Below, one piece after another: positions 42,129 through 44,012 of a stretch of 44,012 nt of DNA. Under the pieces are notes generated by a model. The model did no database searches. It was given only the letters and a program-made list of their open reading frames with translations, and was not told the DNA's origin. Position 1 is the stretch's first letter; every line of letters begins with the position of its first letter. The position numbers were made by a program, and so were the translations under genes. Origin of the DNA: Octopus bimaculoides. Lineage: Eukaryota. The stretch spans positions 74,455,985 to 74,499,996 of the forward strand of contig NC_068991.1 in assembly GCF_001194135.2 (NCBI RefSeq), written 5' to 3'.

Positions 42129-42361
42129 TCTGTCTGTCTGTCTGTCTGTCTGTATGTATGTATGTATGCATGTATGCATGCATGTATGTACGCATGTATG
42201 TACGTATGAATGCATTTATGCATGCAAACAATCATACATAAATACACACACACACATATTATACATACATATACACATATGTACACACATATTTACATAT
42301 ATATCCATACATATCTATATATACAAACATGTATATATGCATGTGTGTATATATCTATCTA

Positions 42362-42720
42362 CTTATCCTCTTCGTGCCACCTGGCACATAAGGCCTCCAC
42401 GCTCGTTTTCCATTTATCCCTTTGGTTTTCAAGTTTTATTGCCGCATTCTATGATGACTATCCTGTTCGATTCCTTTCCTTTTCCACTGTCCTTCTCCAT
42501 GTGGGTTTTGATCTACTGACTTTTCTCTTCCCCTGTGGTTGCCAAGTCAAGGCAGTCATATAGTGGTGATTGGGCTCCTTTCTCAATACATACCCAATCC
42601 AATTCCATCTTTTTCTTTTTACTTCTTGGCTTATCCTGGGGACTTAGGTTATTTTGTTGAGTTCATCCATTAATATGATGTTTGGAAACCCAATCTGCAT
42701 TATTATCTTAGGCGTTCACT
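42362..42720 (-). mobile_element. RTE-clade LINE 3' coding end
   Basis: VKRKRWNWIGYVLRKEPNHHYMTALTWQPQGKRKVSRSKPTWRRTVEKER...ALCATWHEED, a typical RTE C-terminus. Confidence 0.8.
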
Positions 42721-43081
42721 GAACAATGACAACAGCTGACTGTCAGATAATAAATTTCAGCTGACCCAGGAAATTAACGAACTAAAGGCAAACAACGAAC
42801 AGGGTGAAAGACAGGGCAAATCCGTAAAAGGATCGCTGTTACGAAAGAGAAAATGTCTTCCAACTCACAAGATTTTGAATTGTAACAGCAGAGTTTTGAA
42901 GATGGAAATCATTTACACTATGGTGGAATTGACAAAGCTTCTTAATTCACAGAAAATAATTAGAATGGGTAGTGTTAGGGAGGAGAAATAACGTTATAGA
43001 TCACGTGACTGATATGAAGCTGCTGCACGTTCTTGTGCGACTTTGCTGTGAGGTGGATGATTTGAAAATGGTGGAGGAACA

Positions 43082-43320
43082 CGCGGTGTCAATTGTCAAA
43101 GCAAGAAAAAGAAAAAGAAGAAAAAAAACGCCCGGTGTCAATTGGCAAATGTAAAGAACGAGCGGTGTAAGTTGCTAACGTAAAGAATGCGGTGTCAGTT
43201 GGCAGCGGAAACAGAAACAGTAATAAGGATAATAAGTGTGAAGTTGGCAAACGAAAATAGTAAGCGTGAAGTTGGCAAACGAAAACAAACAGTGGTTGTG
43301 AGTTTGGCAACGGAGGCAGT
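43082..43320. repeat. Degenerate ~28-bp tandem repeat (about 7 units)
   Basis: Units share the core (g/a)(c/a)ggtgt(c/g)a(a/g)ttggcaaac, with A-rich spacers of variable length. Confidence 0.7.
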
Positions 43321-43949
43321 CGGGTGACGAGTCGAAGTGAACTCGGGCGACGAAGAATCACATTACACAAGACAAATAGCCAGCTAGGACTACTTCTTCC
43401 TCTCTGAGCAAGTTGACTTGCTGGGCTGGCCCGCGGTTTCCTACCTACTGACTTGACTGTTGGAGCCATGTTGGCGTCAGGAGGCTGGATTAAGCAACAA
43501 TTTGTGAGTATTTTTGTATGTATAAAATATCTGCCTGCAAACGTTTGAGCCTTCAATGAATAGAGTTTTCGAATGCTTTTGTTAAGCTGTAGACGAATTT
43601 TGTTTTCCTCCCCGACCCTTTACGACTGAACTGCCCTATTTATGAGCTGAAGGAACCAAAACCGCATTGGACCAGTCAAGCTACTCAAATGACAAGAATG
43701 ACGTAAAAATCGGTTAACCATCAATTATCGCTATTCATCGCTGTTGTGTGGACAGTCATTGCTCTTTGTTGTTGTTTGTTTGTTGTTGTACTTTAATTTT
43801 TTGTTTTTCTCAAAATTTGTTTGATATCTTTTGCTATGGGATTTAAAGATAAACTGGTTATTGACATTTTTGTCACGTTTGCTAAGTTAACCCCCCCAAA
43901 AAAAACAATGACTACGGGGAGATGATTACAAGAAGAAATTTAAAGTATT

Positions 43950-43953
<4 letters not shown>

Positions 43954-44012
<59 letters not shown>
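43954..44012. repeat. (TA)n microsatellite
   Basis: Directly visible; the window also begins with (AT)n at 1-28. Confidence 0.95.

Overview
Eukaryotic (animal) genomic DNA: AT-rich, dense in microsatellites and SINEs, with about ten N-gaps. The repeat families look like those of an octopus-type coleoid cephalopod (inference from recalled repeat families, not a database result). One multi-exon protein-coding gene runs on the minus strand across most of the window, an SLC22-family (MFS; OCT/OAT-like) transporter. I assembled it by hand from GT-AG exons: 37349-37144 (large extracellular loop 1), then a contiguous in-phase run 23120-22918, 19840-19553, 17971-17837, 16687-16602, 3788-3668, 1600-1528, 348-139 (TM4b to TM12 and stop; 1116 nt = 371 aa + stop). 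The TM1 and TM2-TM4a exons were not found and may lie in gaps or outside the window. The introns are filled with tRNA-derived SINEs of several families, mariner/Tc1 relics, MITE-like inverted-repeat elements, and non-LTR retrotransposon fragments (RLE-type, RTE, Tx1/L1-like). Most ORFs in the supplied track are microsatellite, gap or SINE artefacts. The most notable points are that the transporter lacks the charged cavity residues that define OCT or OAT selectivity, two RLE LINE copies sit inside (AAT)n tracts (Dong-like targeting), there is a ~200-bp foldback hairpin, and there is an unexplained 127-bp insert with a 17-bp target-site-like duplication next to a splice donor. I see no convincing evidence for a wholly new multi-gene system.
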